NCBI GenBank assembly: GCA_964561345.1
Contig: CAZLPH010000002.1
Span: forward strand, 1 to 43,024
Source of the DNA: an uncultured Candidatus Epulonipiscium sp.
GTDB lineage: Bacteria; Bacillota; Clostridia; Lachnospirales; Cellulosilyticaceae
Direction: 5' to 3'
Length of the DNA: 43,024 nt
Part shown: one piece after another, positions 8,222 to 17,891 of the stretch
Position numbering within the stretch: the first letter of the stretch is position 1
Layout: each line of letters begins with the position of its first letter
The notes under the pieces: generated by a model
What the model was told of the DNA's origin: nothing
The model's database searches: none
The model's input: the letters and a program-made list of their open reading frames with translations, nothing else
Position numbers and translations under genes: made by a program

Positions 8222-8641
8222 ATGGACGATAAAAATGTAATTACAATGGAATCAACTGATGATGTGGGGCAAGTACAAATAGCCGATGATGTTATAGCAA
8301 TCATAGCTGAGATTGCAGCAACAGAAGTTAAGGGTGTGGCAGGAATGGGTGGTACCCTAACAAACGATATTGTGCAATCATTTTCACGTAGGAAAACACC
8401 AAAAGGTGTTCGTGTTGAGCTTAATGGCAGCCAGGTTATGCTTGATATGACACTGATCATTAGCTATGGTGAAAAGATTCCAGAGGTAACCCTAGAGGTT
8501 CAAAAGAAAGTTAAAAATTCAATAGAAATGATGACAGGGTTAGAAACTGTTGCAATCAACATTCATGTGACAGGAATACATTTTGATAAAGTGGTAGATA
8601 ATACTAAAAATAAAAACAAGAAGACTGATTCAGTAAACTAA
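8222..8641 (+). CDS. Asp23/Gls24-family alkaline shock protein
   Basis: 139 aa. 'VQIADDVIAIIAEIAATEVKGVAGM' is the typical Asp23 N-terminus. An AGGAGG SD is present. Confidence 0.9.
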   Translation: MDDKNVITMESTDDVGQVQIADDVIAIIAEIAATEVKGVAGMGGTLTNDIVQSFSRRKTPKGVRVELNGSQVMLDMTLIISYGEKIPEVTLEVQKKVKNSIEMMTGLETVAINIHVTGIHFDKVVDNTKNKNKKTDSVN

Positions 8642-8668
8642 CCCTTAAATTTAAGGGTTAGTTTGTTT
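8639..8668 (+). terminator. Palindromic hairpin / weak terminator after asp23
   Basis: TAACCCTTAAA/TTTAAGGGTTA followed by GTTTGTTT. It may act only as an attenuator, because nusB follows 20 nt later. Confidence 0.45.
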
Positions 8669-8688
8669 CAATTTAAAGGAGGGCGCCT

Positions 8689-9096
8689 GTGACAAGACGG
8701 GAAGCTAGAGAGCATGTAATGAAACTATTATTTCAGAAGGATTTTTTTGGTCAAGAAGAATATGATTCACAAGCAATGGAGTATTTAGAGCGATTTGAGA
8801 TAGGGGAAAAACACCATGGATTTATCCTAAAAGAATATAATGGGGCGATTAAGCACCAAGAAGACATAGATGAAATTATTACCATGAGTTCAAAAAAGTG
8901 GAAAACCAATCGTATGGCTAAATTAGACCTTACAATTTTACGCCTTGCTGTTTACGAAATGTACTACGAAGAAGATATTCCTAATAACGTGGTCATTAAT
9001 GAGGCCGTTGAACTTGCTAAAAAATATAGTGGTGATGATTCGCCAGCCTTTGTAAATGGATTATTGGCCAATGTAATAAAAGAAATACAGGTGTAA
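8689..9096 (+). CDS. nusB: Transcription antitermination factor NusB
   Basis: 135 aa with a GTG start after an AAAGGAGGG SD. Signatures are 'RREAREHVMKLLFQ' and '..INEAVELAKKY...FVNGLL'. Confidence 0.9.
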   Translation: MTRREAREHVMKLLFQKDFFGQEEYDSQAMEYLERFEIGEKHHGFILKEYNGAIKHQEDIDEIITMSSKKWKTNRMAKLDLTILRLAVYEMYYEEDIPNNVVINEAVELAKKYSGDDSPAFVNGLLANVIKEIQV

Positions 9097-9097
9097 T

Positions 9098-10288
9098 ATG
9101 AAGAAAAAAGTGTTTTCTGTCTCGGATATTAATGGTTATGTTAAAAACATGCTAGAAGACGATTATGTCCTTAGAAATGTTTATATAAAAGGTGAGATTT
9201 CAAACTTTAAACACCCTAGCTCTGGACACATGTATTTTACACTAAAAGACCCAAATGGTGCTGTATCAGCCGTTATGTTTAAAGGTAGCAACAGCGCTTT
9301 AACTTATGAGCCTAAAGAAGGTATGATGGTTGTGGTTCGGGCATCAGTTTCCATGTACGTAAAAACAGGTCAATACCAAATTTATGTATCTGAAATGGAT
9401 GTATCTGGAAGAGGGACACTTCATGAAGCGTTTGAGCAACTAAAAAGAAAGCTGGAAAAAGAAGGTTTATTTGATGCCAAATATAAAAAGCAAATACCCT
9501 ATTTCCCAAAAACCATAGGCGTTATTACATCAGGTACTGGTGCAGCAGTTAGGGACATTTTGACCATAACCAGACGACGAAATCCAGGGGTAAAACTATT
9601 TGTTTACCCAGTTCAGGTTCAGGGAGAAGGCTCAGCCCTTCAGATTACAGAGGCCATTGAGGGCATGAATGAACATGGCCAGTGTGATGTCCTAATTGTA
9701 GGGCGTGGGGGTGGATCTATAGAGGACTTATGGTCCTTTAATGAAGAAATTGTTGCAAGAGCTATTTTTGAGTCAAAAATACCAGTTATTTCTGCTGTGG
9801 GGCATGAAACGGATTTTACCATTGCAGATTTTGTTGCTAGTTTGAGAGCACCTACGCCTTCAGCGGCAGCAGAACTAGCCACACCTCATGTGCAAGAATT
9901 ACAAAGGCGTATAGGCCAGTACACAGCCCGTATAGAAAAGGATATTTACAATAATATAGAACAGAAAGCTCGTATTCTTAAAATGTACACAACAAGGCCA
10001 GTTTTAGCACAAGCTGGGGAATATTTTGCTAGAAAAGGACAAGAAGTAGACTTGCTAACGAGTAGATTAGAAGATATTTTAGTCACTAGTCTAAATGCCA
10101 AACAATCGGCCTTAGGACAAAAAATAGCCAAGCTTAATGCCTTATCACCCTTAAATACATTAGAGCGAGGATATGCCTTAGTCACAGATGAAAATGATTG
10201 TGTGATTACATCTGTAAAAAATGTAAAAAAGGATCAAACCTTATGGATTAGATTAAAAGATGGCAAAATAGAAAGCAGTGCAAAATAG
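9098..10288 (+). CDS. xseA: Exodeoxyribonuclease VII large subunit
   Basis: 396 aa with 'GEISNFK.HSSGHMYFTLKD', 'IGVITSGTGAAVRDI' and 'LIVGRGGGSIEDLW'. Confidence 0.93.
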   Translation: MKKKVFSVSDINGYVKNMLEDDYVLRNVYIKGEISNFKHPSSGHMYFTLKDPNGAVSAVMFKGSNSALTYEPKEGMMVVVRASVSMYVKTGQYQIYVSEMDVSGRGTLHEAFEQLKRKLEKEGLFDAKYKKQIPYFPKTIGVITSGTGAAVRDILTITRRRNPGVKLFVYPVQVQGEGSALQITEAIEGMNEHGQCDVLIVGRGGGSIEDLWSFNEEIVARAIFESKIPVISAVGHETDFTIADFVASLRAPTPSAAAELATPHVQELQRRIGQYTARIEKDIYNNIEQKARILKMYTTRPVLAQAGEYFARKGQEVDLLTSRLEDILVTSLNAKQSALGQKIAKLNALSPLNTLERGYALVTDENDCVITSVKNVKKDQTLWIRLKDGKIESSAK

Positions 10289-10332
10289 CCAGTATAAATA
10301 AGAGTGTTTACTTAAGAAAGGGCAGGAGACAA

Positions 10333-10575
10333 ATGGCAGCTAACAAAAAGCAGACTTTTGAAAAAAGTTTAGAAAAACTTGAAGAAATAATAGAGCAACT
10401 TGAAGGCGGAGATTTAGCCTTAGATAAAGCTTTTGAATACTATAAAGAAGGAATGGCCCTATCACTTTTTTGCTCAGATGAACTTAAACGGGTAGAAAAG
10501 GAAGTCACACAGATTCAAAAAGGCCGAAATGGGGAGTTTGTCGAAACTTCCTATGAGACGGAAGAGGTGCTATGA
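10333..10575 (+). CDS. xseB: Exodeoxyribonuclease VII small subunit
   Basis: 80 aa with 'FEKSLEKLEEIIEQLEGGDLALD', directly downstream of xseA. Confidence 0.9.
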   Translation: MAANKKQTFEKSLEKLEEIIEQLEGGDLALDKAFEYYKEGMALSLFCSDELKRVEKEVTQIQKGRNGEFVETSYETEEVL

Positions 10576-10576
10576 A

Positions 10577-11455
10577 ATGAAGCAAATACTTGAGAGAATG
10601 AGAAAAGAAATGGATGAAAAATTAGATAAATGTCTTTTAAAAACAGAAGGACGTTTATTTCATATTTATGATGCAATGCGCTATAGCACACTTTCAGGGG
10701 GCAAACGAATACGGCCGATTTTAATGCAGCTTGCTTATGATGCTGTTGGCGGTAAGGATGAAAACATTGACCCTTTTTTATGTGCAATAGAAATGATCCA
10801 TACGTATTCTCTTATTCATGATGACTTACCAGCGATGGACGATGATGATTTTAGGCGTGGAATAGAAACAAACCACATAAAATTTGCCGAGTGGACAGCT
10901 ATTTTGGCAGGTGACGCCTTGCTTAATCGTGCCTTTGAGGTAATGCTAGCGGCTACACTGCAAAATCCAAAGAACTCTTATATAGAAGCCATGCATGTTC
11001 TAAGTGTTGCGTCTGGAACAAGGGGGATGATTGGTGGACAAGTGATTGATATTATGTCTGAAAATGAAGATGTCCATGAAGACACAGTGGATTTTATCCA
11101 CCGAAACAAAACAGCAGCTTTAATGGTGGCACCAGTGGATATGGGGGCTATTTTAGCTGGCGCAACACGGGCAGAAAAAGAGGCGCTTCATAAATTTGCT
11201 TTTAACATTGGAATGGCATTTCAAATTGCAGATGATCTTTTGGACGTACTCTCTACAGCGGAAGACCTTGGTAAGCCAATTAATAGTGATATTGAAAAAA
11301 ACAAGGCAACTTATGTATCAATTCATGGGATTGAAAAAGCTAAAAAGCAGGTAGAAAACCTAACCAGTGAGGGAATAAAAAAACTAGAAATTCTTGGGGA
11401 ACGGGGAGAAAAGCTAAAGCAAATAGCCTTATTTTTGACATCAAGAACGTACTAG
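10577..11455 (+). CDS. ispA: Farnesyl/geranyl diphosphate synthase (polyprenyl synthetase)
   Basis: The start is moved to the ATG at 10577 (MKQILERM..), 1 nt after the xseB stop. The first aspartate-rich motif is 'LIHDDLPAMDDDDFRRG' and the second is 'FQIADDLLD'. Confidence 0.9.
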   Translation: MKQILERMRKEMDEKLDKCLLKTEGRLFHIYDAMRYSTLSGGKRIRPILMQLAYDAVGGKDENIDPFLCAIEMIHTYSLIHDDLPAMDDDDFRRGIETNHIKFAEWTAILAGDALLNRAFEVMLAATLQNPKNSYIEAMHVLSVASGTRGMIGGQVIDIMSENEDVHEDTVDFIHRNKTAALMVAPVDMGAILAGATRAEKEALHKFAFNIGMAFQIADDLLDVLSTAEDLGKPINSDIEKNKATYVSIHGIEKAKKQVENLTSEGIKKLEILGERGEKLKQIALFLTSRTY

Positions 11456-11477
11456 CTAGGAGAGGATGTAACGAATA

Positions 11478-11915
11478 GTGATAAAAGCAATTTTGACCAA
11501 TAAAGTATTAATGGTATCCACTTTAAGTTGGGCTACTGCCCAGTTCTTAAAACTAATTATTACCTTTATTGAAGATAAGAAATGGGACTTTACGAAACTA
11601 GTCAGTGCAGGGGGAATGCCAAGCTCTCACTCTTCTTTTGTAACGGCTCTTACGGTTAGCATTGGCCAGGTAGAGGGCTTTGGTTCGTCTTTATTTGCTG
11701 CCTGTGCAGTTCTAAGTTTTATTGTAATGTATGATGCAACAGGTGTTAGGTGGGAATCAGGCCAACAAGCAGCTGTTATTAACCGCATAGTAGAAATGCT
11801 ACAAGATCCAGATATAAAACTTGAGACACAACTAAAGGAAATTTTAGGCCATACACCCCTTCAGGTGTTTGCAGGCGTAGTACTAGGCATAGTATTTGGT
11901 GTCATATGCTTTTAA
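11478..11915 (+). CDS. Divergent PAP2 / DUF212 (YuiD-like) membrane protein
   Basis: 145 aa with 'GGMPSSHSSFV' and 'MYDATGVR' motifs. The GTG start is uncertain. Confidence 0.8.
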   Translation: MIKAILTNKVLMVSTLSWATAQFLKLIITFIEDKKWDFTKLVSAGGMPSSHSSFVTALTVSIGQVEGFGSSLFAACAVLSFIVMYDATGVRWESGQQAAVINRIVEMLQDPDIKLETQLKEILGHTPLQVFAGVVLGIVFGVICF

Positions 11916-11939
11916 GGGGGATAGTCCCCCTTTTCTTTT
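11916..11939 (+). terminator. Rho-independent terminator
   Basis: GGGGGA-tag-TCCCCC followed by TTTTCTTTT. Confidence 0.8.
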
Positions 11940-11995
11940 GCAAGCATTAGTATAACTATGCGATATTGTTATTAATATACGAAGAGGAGGTTGCC

Positions 11996-13879
11996 ATGGG
12001 AAATTTATTAGCAACTATATTATCGCCAAGAGATGTTAAAAGGTTAACAAATGGAGAGTTAACGATTTTAGGATCAGAAATACGACGTTTTTTAATTGAG
12101 GCCCTATCTCAAACAGGGGGGCATTTAGCTTCTAACTTAGGAGTTGTTGAACTAACCCTTGCCCTACATTATTGTTTTGATACACCGAAAGATAAAATCA
12201 TATGGGACGTAGGCCATCAAAGCTATGTCCATAAAATATTAACAGGCAGGCAAGATGGGTTTAAAACCTTACGACAAAGTGACGGAATGAGTGGATTTCC
12301 AAAGTTAGATGAAAGTAAACATGATGGTTTTGGAACAGGTCATAGTTCAACCTCGATTTCAGCAGCTATGGGAATGGCTACTGCAAGGGATTTAAAGGGA
12401 GAGGATAATGCTGTTATTGCCGTTATAGGTGATGGCTCTATGACTGGGGGGATGGCATTTGAGGCTCTGAATCACGCAGGACGTGGAAATACCAATCTCA
12501 TTGTCATCTTAAATGACAATGAGATGTCTATTTCTGAAAATGTCGGAGGTCTTTCTAAATATTTAATGAAGATTCGGACAGATAAGAATTATCTAGAGGC
12601 CAAACAAGACATTGAAAAAATCTTAAGTAAGGTTCCTGTTGTTGGTCAAACAATGGTGAAAGCTGTAAGGCGGACCAAAGATGGCATTAAAACTCTTCTT
12701 TTACCAGGAGAGCTTTTTGAAGAACTAGGATTTACTTATATTGGTCCTATAGATGGTCATAATATGGAAGACCTGATACAAGTGCTTGGAAAGGCTAAAA
12801 AAATGAAGGGCCCTATTTTGATACACCTTAAAACGACCAAAGGTAAAGGTTATTGCTTTGCGGAACAACACCCCGAAAAATATCATGGGGTATCACCTTT
12901 TATACCGGCAACGGGAACATCTGTTTCGGAGAAGGCCCCTAGTAATTATTCTAGTGCCTTTGGTCAAAGTCTAATGAAAATTGCTAAAAAAGATAAGAAG
13001 ATTGTTGCTATTACAGCCGCTATGCCAGAAGGAACAGGTTTATGCGATTTTGCCCAAGTATTTCCCAAGCGTTTTGTGGATGTAGGGATTGCTGAGCAGC
13101 ACGCTGTAACTTTTGCAGCAGGACTAGCTATAGAGGGCTATAAGCCTGTGGTTGCGGTGTATTCGACTTTTTTACAAAGGGCATATGATCAGATTATACA
13201 TGACGTGTGTATTCAAAATTTACCGGTTATATTTGCCATTGATAGGGGTGGTATAGTTGGCGAAGATGGGGCAACACACCAAGGGATTTTTGATTTGTCA
13301 TTTTTATCTCATATCCCGAATATAAGTATTATGGCACCTAAGAACTATGCTGAATTAAAGTATATGCTAGAGTTTGCCACAAAACATCCTGGGCCTGTGG
13401 CTATACGCTATCCAAGGGGTAGTGAAGGGAAAGAAGTAGCTCTTGTTGATAGTGAACCCATAGTTTATGGGAAATCAGAACTATTAAAAACGGGGAAAGA
13501 AGTGGCTATCATTGCTGTTGGGAAAATGGTTGAAGTAGCCTTACAGGCAGCCAATCGCCTAAAAGAAAAGGGAATGACGCCATATGTCATTAATACAAGG
13601 TTTATTAAACCCATAGACTTAGAAGGATTAGTTAGTATTGCGTATAATATTACAGATATTGTTACCCTAGAAGATAATATGATTTGCGGCGGATTTGGTG
13701 AAAACCTAGCCACACTTCTAAGGAAAAATAAAGCACTAAATCACATTGCCATACACAATTTAGGTTATCCAGATGAATTTATTGAACATGGGTCAGTAGA
13801 TAATATTTACAAAAAATATGGCTTAGATGAACAATCAGTTGCAGCAATGATTTTGGCTGAAGTATATAAAAGGAATTAA
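11996..13879 (+). CDS. dxs: 1-deoxy-D-xylulose-5-phosphate synthase
   Basis: The start is moved to the ATG at 11996, after a GAGGAGG SD. Signatures are 'GGHLASNLGVVELTLALH', 'DVGHQSY.HKILTGR' and the TPP motif 'GDGSMTGGMAFEALNHAG'. Confidence 0.95.
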   Translation: MGNLLATILSPRDVKRLTNGELTILGSEIRRFLIEALSQTGGHLASNLGVVELTLALHYCFDTPKDKIIWDVGHQSYVHKILTGRQDGFKTLRQSDGMSGFPKLDESKHDGFGTGHSSTSISAAMGMATARDLKGEDNAVIAVIGDGSMTGGMAFEALNHAGRGNTNLIVILNDNEMSISENVGGLSKYLMKIRTDKNYLEAKQDIEKILSKVPVVGQTMVKAVRRTKDGIKTLLLPGELFEELGFTYIGPIDGHNMEDLIQVLGKAKKMKGPILIHLKTTKGKGYCFAEQHPEKYHGVSPFIPATGTSVSEKAPSNYSSAFGQSLMKIAKKDKKIVAITAAMPEGTGLCDFAQVFPKRFVDVGIAEQHAVTFAAGLAIEGYKPVVAVYSTFLQRAYDQIIHDVCIQNLPVIFAIDRGGIVGEDGATHQGIFDLSFLSHIPNISIMAPKNYAELKYMLEFATKHPGPVAIRYPRGSEGKEVALVDSEPIVYGKSELLKTGKEVAIIAVGKMVEVALQAANRLKEKGMTPYVINTRFIKPIDLEGLVSIAYNITDIVTLEDNMICGGFGENLATLLRKNKALNHIAIHNLGYPDEFIEHGSVDNIYKKYGLDEQSVAAMILAEVYKRN

Positions 13880-13892
13880 AGAGAGGCGAAAT

Positions 13893-14705
13893 ATGGCGAA
13901 AAAAGAACGATTAGATGTCTTAATTACTCAAAGAGAACTAACCCCCTCTAGGGAAAAAGCAAAAGCCTACATTATGTCAGGAGTCGTCTATGTTAATGGG
14001 CAAAAAGAAGATAAACCGGGTTTCCAAACAAAACCAGATGCAGTTATTGAGATTAGGGAAAAAATGAAATTTGTAAGCCGAGGTGGCTACAAGTTAGAAA
14101 AGGCAATGGCGGTATTTAGGATTAGCCTCGAGGAGAAAGTAACCATGGATGTGGGAGCTTCAACAGGCGGATTTACAGATTGTATGCTACAAAATGATGC
14201 TAGTAAGGTCTATGCTGTAGATGTAGGCTATGGCCAATTTGCATGGAAATTAAGACAAGATCCCCGAGTGGTATGTATGGAAAAAACAAATATGCGCTAT
14301 TTAACAAGAGACCAAATAGATGATCAGATAGCATTTGCATCTATTGACGTTTCTTTTATATCCTTATCGAAAATAATAGGACCATTACAAGAACTTCTAA
14401 CAGAAAATGGGGAAATTGTCGCTTTAATAAAACCACAATTTGAAGCGGGCAAAGAGAAGGTTGGAAAAAAAGGCGTTGTAAGAGACCCAGAAGTCCACCA
14501 AGAAGTGATTAAGAGTATCTTGACTTATACAAGATCTATTGGAATAGGCGTCCATGGTATTGATTTTTCTCCTATTAAAGGGCCAGAAGGAAATATAGAG
14601 TATTTGGTGTATTTAAAAAACAATATACCAGGGCTAGATCAAGTAGAGCAAGACGAGATGATAAAAAATGTGGTTAAAGCATCTCATGAAATGGATAGAG
14701 AGTAA
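13893..14705 (+). CDS. tlyA: TlyA-family rRNA 2'-O-methyltransferase (S4 + FtsJ domains)
   Basis: 270 aa with 'RLDVLITQRELTPSREKAKAYIMSG.V.VNG', 'VSRGGYKLEKA' and 'DVGASTGGFTDCMLQ'. Confidence 0.9.
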   Translation: MAKKERLDVLITQRELTPSREKAKAYIMSGVVYVNGQKEDKPGFQTKPDAVIEIREKMKFVSRGGYKLEKAMAVFRISLEEKVTMDVGASTGGFTDCMLQNDASKVYAVDVGYGQFAWKLRQDPRVVCMEKTNMRYLTRDQIDDQIAFASIDVSFISLSKIIGPLQELLTENGEIVALIKPQFEAGKEKVGKKGVVRDPEVHQEVIKSILTYTRSIGIGVHGIDFSPIKGPEGNIEYLVYLKNNIPGLDQVEQDEMIKNVVKASHEMDRE

Positions 14706-14728
14706 AAAAATAAAGAGTGGGTGAGATA

Positions 14729-15604
14729 ATGAGAAGGATAGGAATCATACCTAACATGATTAAAGACCAAGGGTTATTTATGACTAAGAAGGTCGTTGGC
14801 TGGTTTGAAGATAATAATTTTGAGATTATCGTAACACCTGAGATTGCTCAGGAATTAAAACGAGCAGATCTTGCAATTTTAGAAAAAGAACTCTTTAAAA
14901 CCAGTGATTGTATTGTTGTTTTGGGGGGAGATGGTACCCTTCTTGGTGTTGCTCAAAAGGCAGCAGTAGAGGAGGTGCCTATAATCGGGGTTAATCTAGG
15001 GAGACTAGGCTTTTTGACGGATATTGAAAAGGAAACAGCTTTGGCATCTTTTGAAAAATTAGTGAGCAAAGATTATTATATAGAAAACCGTATGATGTTG
15101 AAAATAAAAATTATCTCAGAAGGGAACCAAGATCAAACATTTATTGCTTTAAATGATATCAGTGTTACAAGAGATAGTTATTCTAGGATGTTAGACTATA
15201 GTATTCATATCAATGGTCAGTATGCAGATGTATACCCAGCAGATGGGGTGATCGTAGCCACGCCAACAGGTTCTACAGCTTATAGTTTATCAGCAGGAGG
15301 TCCTATTGTAGACCCCCAGGCTAACATTATGTTAATTACCCCCATATGCCCACACACCATCTATTCCCGATCTATTATTGTATCAGAGCGGGATATTATC
15401 GATATTGTTATACCAGAGCTTCAGGGGGGCAGTGTAGGCGTCTCCGTTGACGGGAAGAAAGTATACAACATTAAAGAAAAAGATGTGATTCGTGTTTCAA
15501 AATCGACTTTTACGTCAAAACTATTAAAGATATCCGACCATAGCTTTTATGATATTTTGAGAAATAAGATTGTCGAGCGAAGACCAGGGATTAGAGAATA
15601 TTAA
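14729..15604 (+). CDS. nadK: NAD+ kinase
   Basis: The likely start is the ATG at 14729 (MRRIGIIPN). Signatures are 'VVLGGDGTLL', 'GVNLGRLGFL' and 'ATPTGSTAYSLSAGGPIV'. Confidence 0.9.
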   Translation: MRRIGIIPNMIKDQGLFMTKKVVGWFEDNNFEIIVTPEIAQELKRADLAILEKELFKTSDCIVVLGGDGTLLGVAQKAAVEEVPIIGVNLGRLGFLTDIEKETALASFEKLVSKDYYIENRMMLKIKIISEGNQDQTFIALNDISVTRDSYSRMLDYSIHINGQYADVYPADGVIVATPTGSTAYSLSAGGPIVDPQANIMLITPICPHTIYSRSIIVSERDIIDIVIPELQGGSVGVSVDGKKVYNIKEKDVIRVSKSTFTSKLLKISDHSFYDILRNKIVERRPGIREY

Positions 15605-15619
15605 AAAAGGAGCAACAAG

Positions 15620-16072
15620 ATGAAAGGACAAAGGCAATCAGCGATTTTAAGTCTTATCCAGAAATACGAAGTTGAAACCCAAGAAGAGCTAGGGGAAAGG
15701 CTAAGTTTAGCTGGATTTAAGGTAACCCAGGCCACCATATCAAGAGATATAAGAGAGCTAAAGCTTACCAAGGTTAATAGCAAAACAGGTGGGCAAAAAT
15801 ACACGTCTCTTACCCAACACCAACAACAGGTCTCAGGTAAAGTAATCCGCGTCTTTAAAGATGCCTTAATCTCCATGGACCGTGCCCAAAATATACTGGT
15901 GATCAGGACCCTAACGGGAATGGGAAATGCAGTAGCAGCAGCTATTGATGCTTTTCACTATGAAGAGATTGTGGGGACACTAGCAGGAGACGATACGATA
16001 TTTTGTGCCACACGTTGTGAAGAAGACTTAGAAACCCTAATGGAAAGATTCAAAGAAGTATTACAATCCTAA
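15620..16072 (+). CDS. argR: Arginine repressor
   Basis: 150 aa with a winged-helix N-terminus 'RQSAILSLIQKYEVETQEELGERL...VTQATISRDIRELKL' and C-terminal 'GTLAGDDTIF'. Confidence 0.9.
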   Translation: MKGQRQSAILSLIQKYEVETQEELGERLSLAGFKVTQATISRDIRELKLTKVNSKTGGQKYTSLTQHQQQVSGKVIRVFKDALISMDRAQNILVIRTLTGMGNAVAAAIDAFHYEEIVGTLAGDDTIFCATRCEEDLETLMERFKEVLQS

Positions 16073-16087
16073 TGGAGGAGGTAAAAA

Positions 16088-17782
16088 GTGCTAATCCATA
16101 TTAACGTTAATGATATTGCTTTAATTGATGAAGTTAGCCTGGAATTACACGAAAATCTAAATATTTTAACAGGAGAAACTGGTGCAGGTAAGTCCATGAT
16201 TATAGATTCTATTAACTTTGCCTTAGGCGGAAGAACGTCTAAGTCTATTATTAGAAGAGGAGAAAAATCTGCTCTTGTGGAACTGCTTTTTGATCACAAT
16301 AGCAAAGAGGTTAAAAATAAGCTAGAAGAATTTGGGATAGACCAAGAGGACGAACACATTTTAATTTCTAGAAAATTATATGACTCAGGCAGGACCATTT
16401 ATAAAATAAACGGACAAACAGTCACCAGAAAAATGTTAACTGAAATATCTGGTATGCTCCTAGACGTTCACGGCCAACATGAACACCAATCTTTGCTCAA
16501 TGCATCCAAACATATTAATTTGCTTGATAAGTTTGGTGGTAAAGCTTTGGGGAAATATTTATCAGAACTTGAGATGATATATGACAAGTATGTTCTTTTA
16601 GAAAAAGAGCTTGAACACTTAATGGGAGATGACAAGACAAGAATTCAAATGATTGATATTTTAAAGTTTCAAATTAAAGAAATAAAAGAAGCAGCTCTTA
16701 AGGTTGGGGAAGACAAAAATCTTATGGAAGAAATGAAAATCTTGGGAAATGCTGAAAAAATCAAAGAAAACCTCCAAGAAGCTTATGATTATCTAAACGG
16801 AGAAGAGACAAGTGAAATGGGAGCCCTTAGTGCCTTGGGCGAAGCAATTAAATCCATTTCTAATATTAGTGATATTAGTGATGATCTTGGCCAAATTTAT
16901 TCTGACCTTCAAAATATCGAAGTTCAGTTATGGGAAATTATTCCTGAGATACGAACCTTAAATGAGGCAGTTGACTATGAGCCAGAAGCACTTTTTGAAA
17001 TTCAGCAAAGGCTTGACTTAATTTACAACTTAAAACGCAAATATGGGGACACCATAGAGGAAATCTTGGCCCACTATAAACAACTTTGTATAGATCTTGA
17101 TAACCTCCAAAATAGTGATGAAAAAAGAAAAGAAGTTAATAGTGAAATGAAGAAATTAGAATCTAAAATGAATGACATATGCAAGAAAATAAGCATGATT
17201 CGGCAAGAACAAGCTAAGAAAGTCTCATCTAGAATAGAGAAAGAACTTCATGAACTTCAAATAGACAATGCCAAATTTGAGATAAAAGTAAGCCAAAGGT
17301 CTAAGATAAAGCACAATGGCATGGATGATGTTGAATTTATGATATCGACTAATATTGGTGAACCCATGCAATCACTGGGGAAAATTGTATCTGGTGGTGA
17401 GATGTCTAGAATCATGCTTGCCTTAAAAACAATTCTAGCTGATGTTGATGAAATTAGCACTTTAATTTTTGATGAAATCGACACGGGAATTAGTGGTAGA
17501 ACGGCTCAAAAGGTAGCGGAAAAACTAGCTATTATCGCAAAAAGGCACCAAGTTATTTGTATTACCCATCTGCCGCAAATAGCAGCTATGTCTGACTATC
17601 ATTATCTAATCGAAAAAAGTATTGATAACAGTAGGCCCAATACTCACGTCACATTACTAAATCAAAGCAAAATAGTAGAAGAAATAAGCCGTTTAATGGG
17701 TGGGGCTGAAATTACAACAACGACCATTGAAAGCGCAAAAGAAATTAAGAATATGGCAACTAACTTCAAAGAAGCATTATAA
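16088..17782 (+). CDS. recN: DNA repair protein RecN
   Basis: 564 aa with a GTG start after GGAGGAGG. It has Walker A 'GETGAGKSMIID', a long coiled coil, the signature 'SGGEMSRIMLALK' and Walker B 'LIFDEIDTGISG'. Confidence 0.93.
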   Translation: MLIHINVNDIALIDEVSLELHENLNILTGETGAGKSMIIDSINFALGGRTSKSIIRRGEKSALVELLFDHNSKEVKNKLEEFGIDQEDEHILISRKLYDSGRTIYKINGQTVTRKMLTEISGMLLDVHGQHEHQSLLNASKHINLLDKFGGKALGKYLSELEMIYDKYVLLEKELEHLMGDDKTRIQMIDILKFQIKEIKEAALKVGEDKNLMEEMKILGNAEKIKENLQEAYDYLNGEETSEMGALSALGEAIKSISNISDISDDLGQIYSDLQNIEVQLWEIIPEIRTLNEAVDYEPEALFEIQQRLDLIYNLKRKYGDTIEEILAHYKQLCIDLDNLQNSDEKRKEVNSEMKKLESKMNDICKKISMIRQEQAKKVSSRIEKELHELQIDNAKFEIKVSQRSKIKHNGMDDVEFMISTNIGEPMQSLGKIVSGGEMSRIMLALKTILADVDEISTLIFDEIDTGISGRTAQKVAEKLAIIAKRHQVICITHLPQIAAMSDYHYLIEKSIDNSRPNTHVTLLNQSKIVEEISRLMGGAEITTTTIESAKEIKNMATNFKEAL

Positions 17783-17817
17783 AATATCATTTCTAAAAGA
17801 ACTTAATGTCACTGTAT

Positions 17818-17845
17818 AAAGTACCCTCAAAAAGGGTACTTTAAT
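17818..17845 (+). terminator. Hairpin after recN
   Basis: AAAGTACCC-tcaaaaa-GGGTACTTT. The trailing T-tract is weak. Confidence 0.5.
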
Positions 17846-17891
17846 TATATACTAAAAAAATATACTCAAAAAACAGTGTGGAAGTGACATT

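Noticed and set aside
8053-8460. 135-aa - strand ORF
   Set aside because: It is antisense to the asp23-like gene and runs through repeat copy 3 and the promoter region. It has no SD. It is a shadow ORF.
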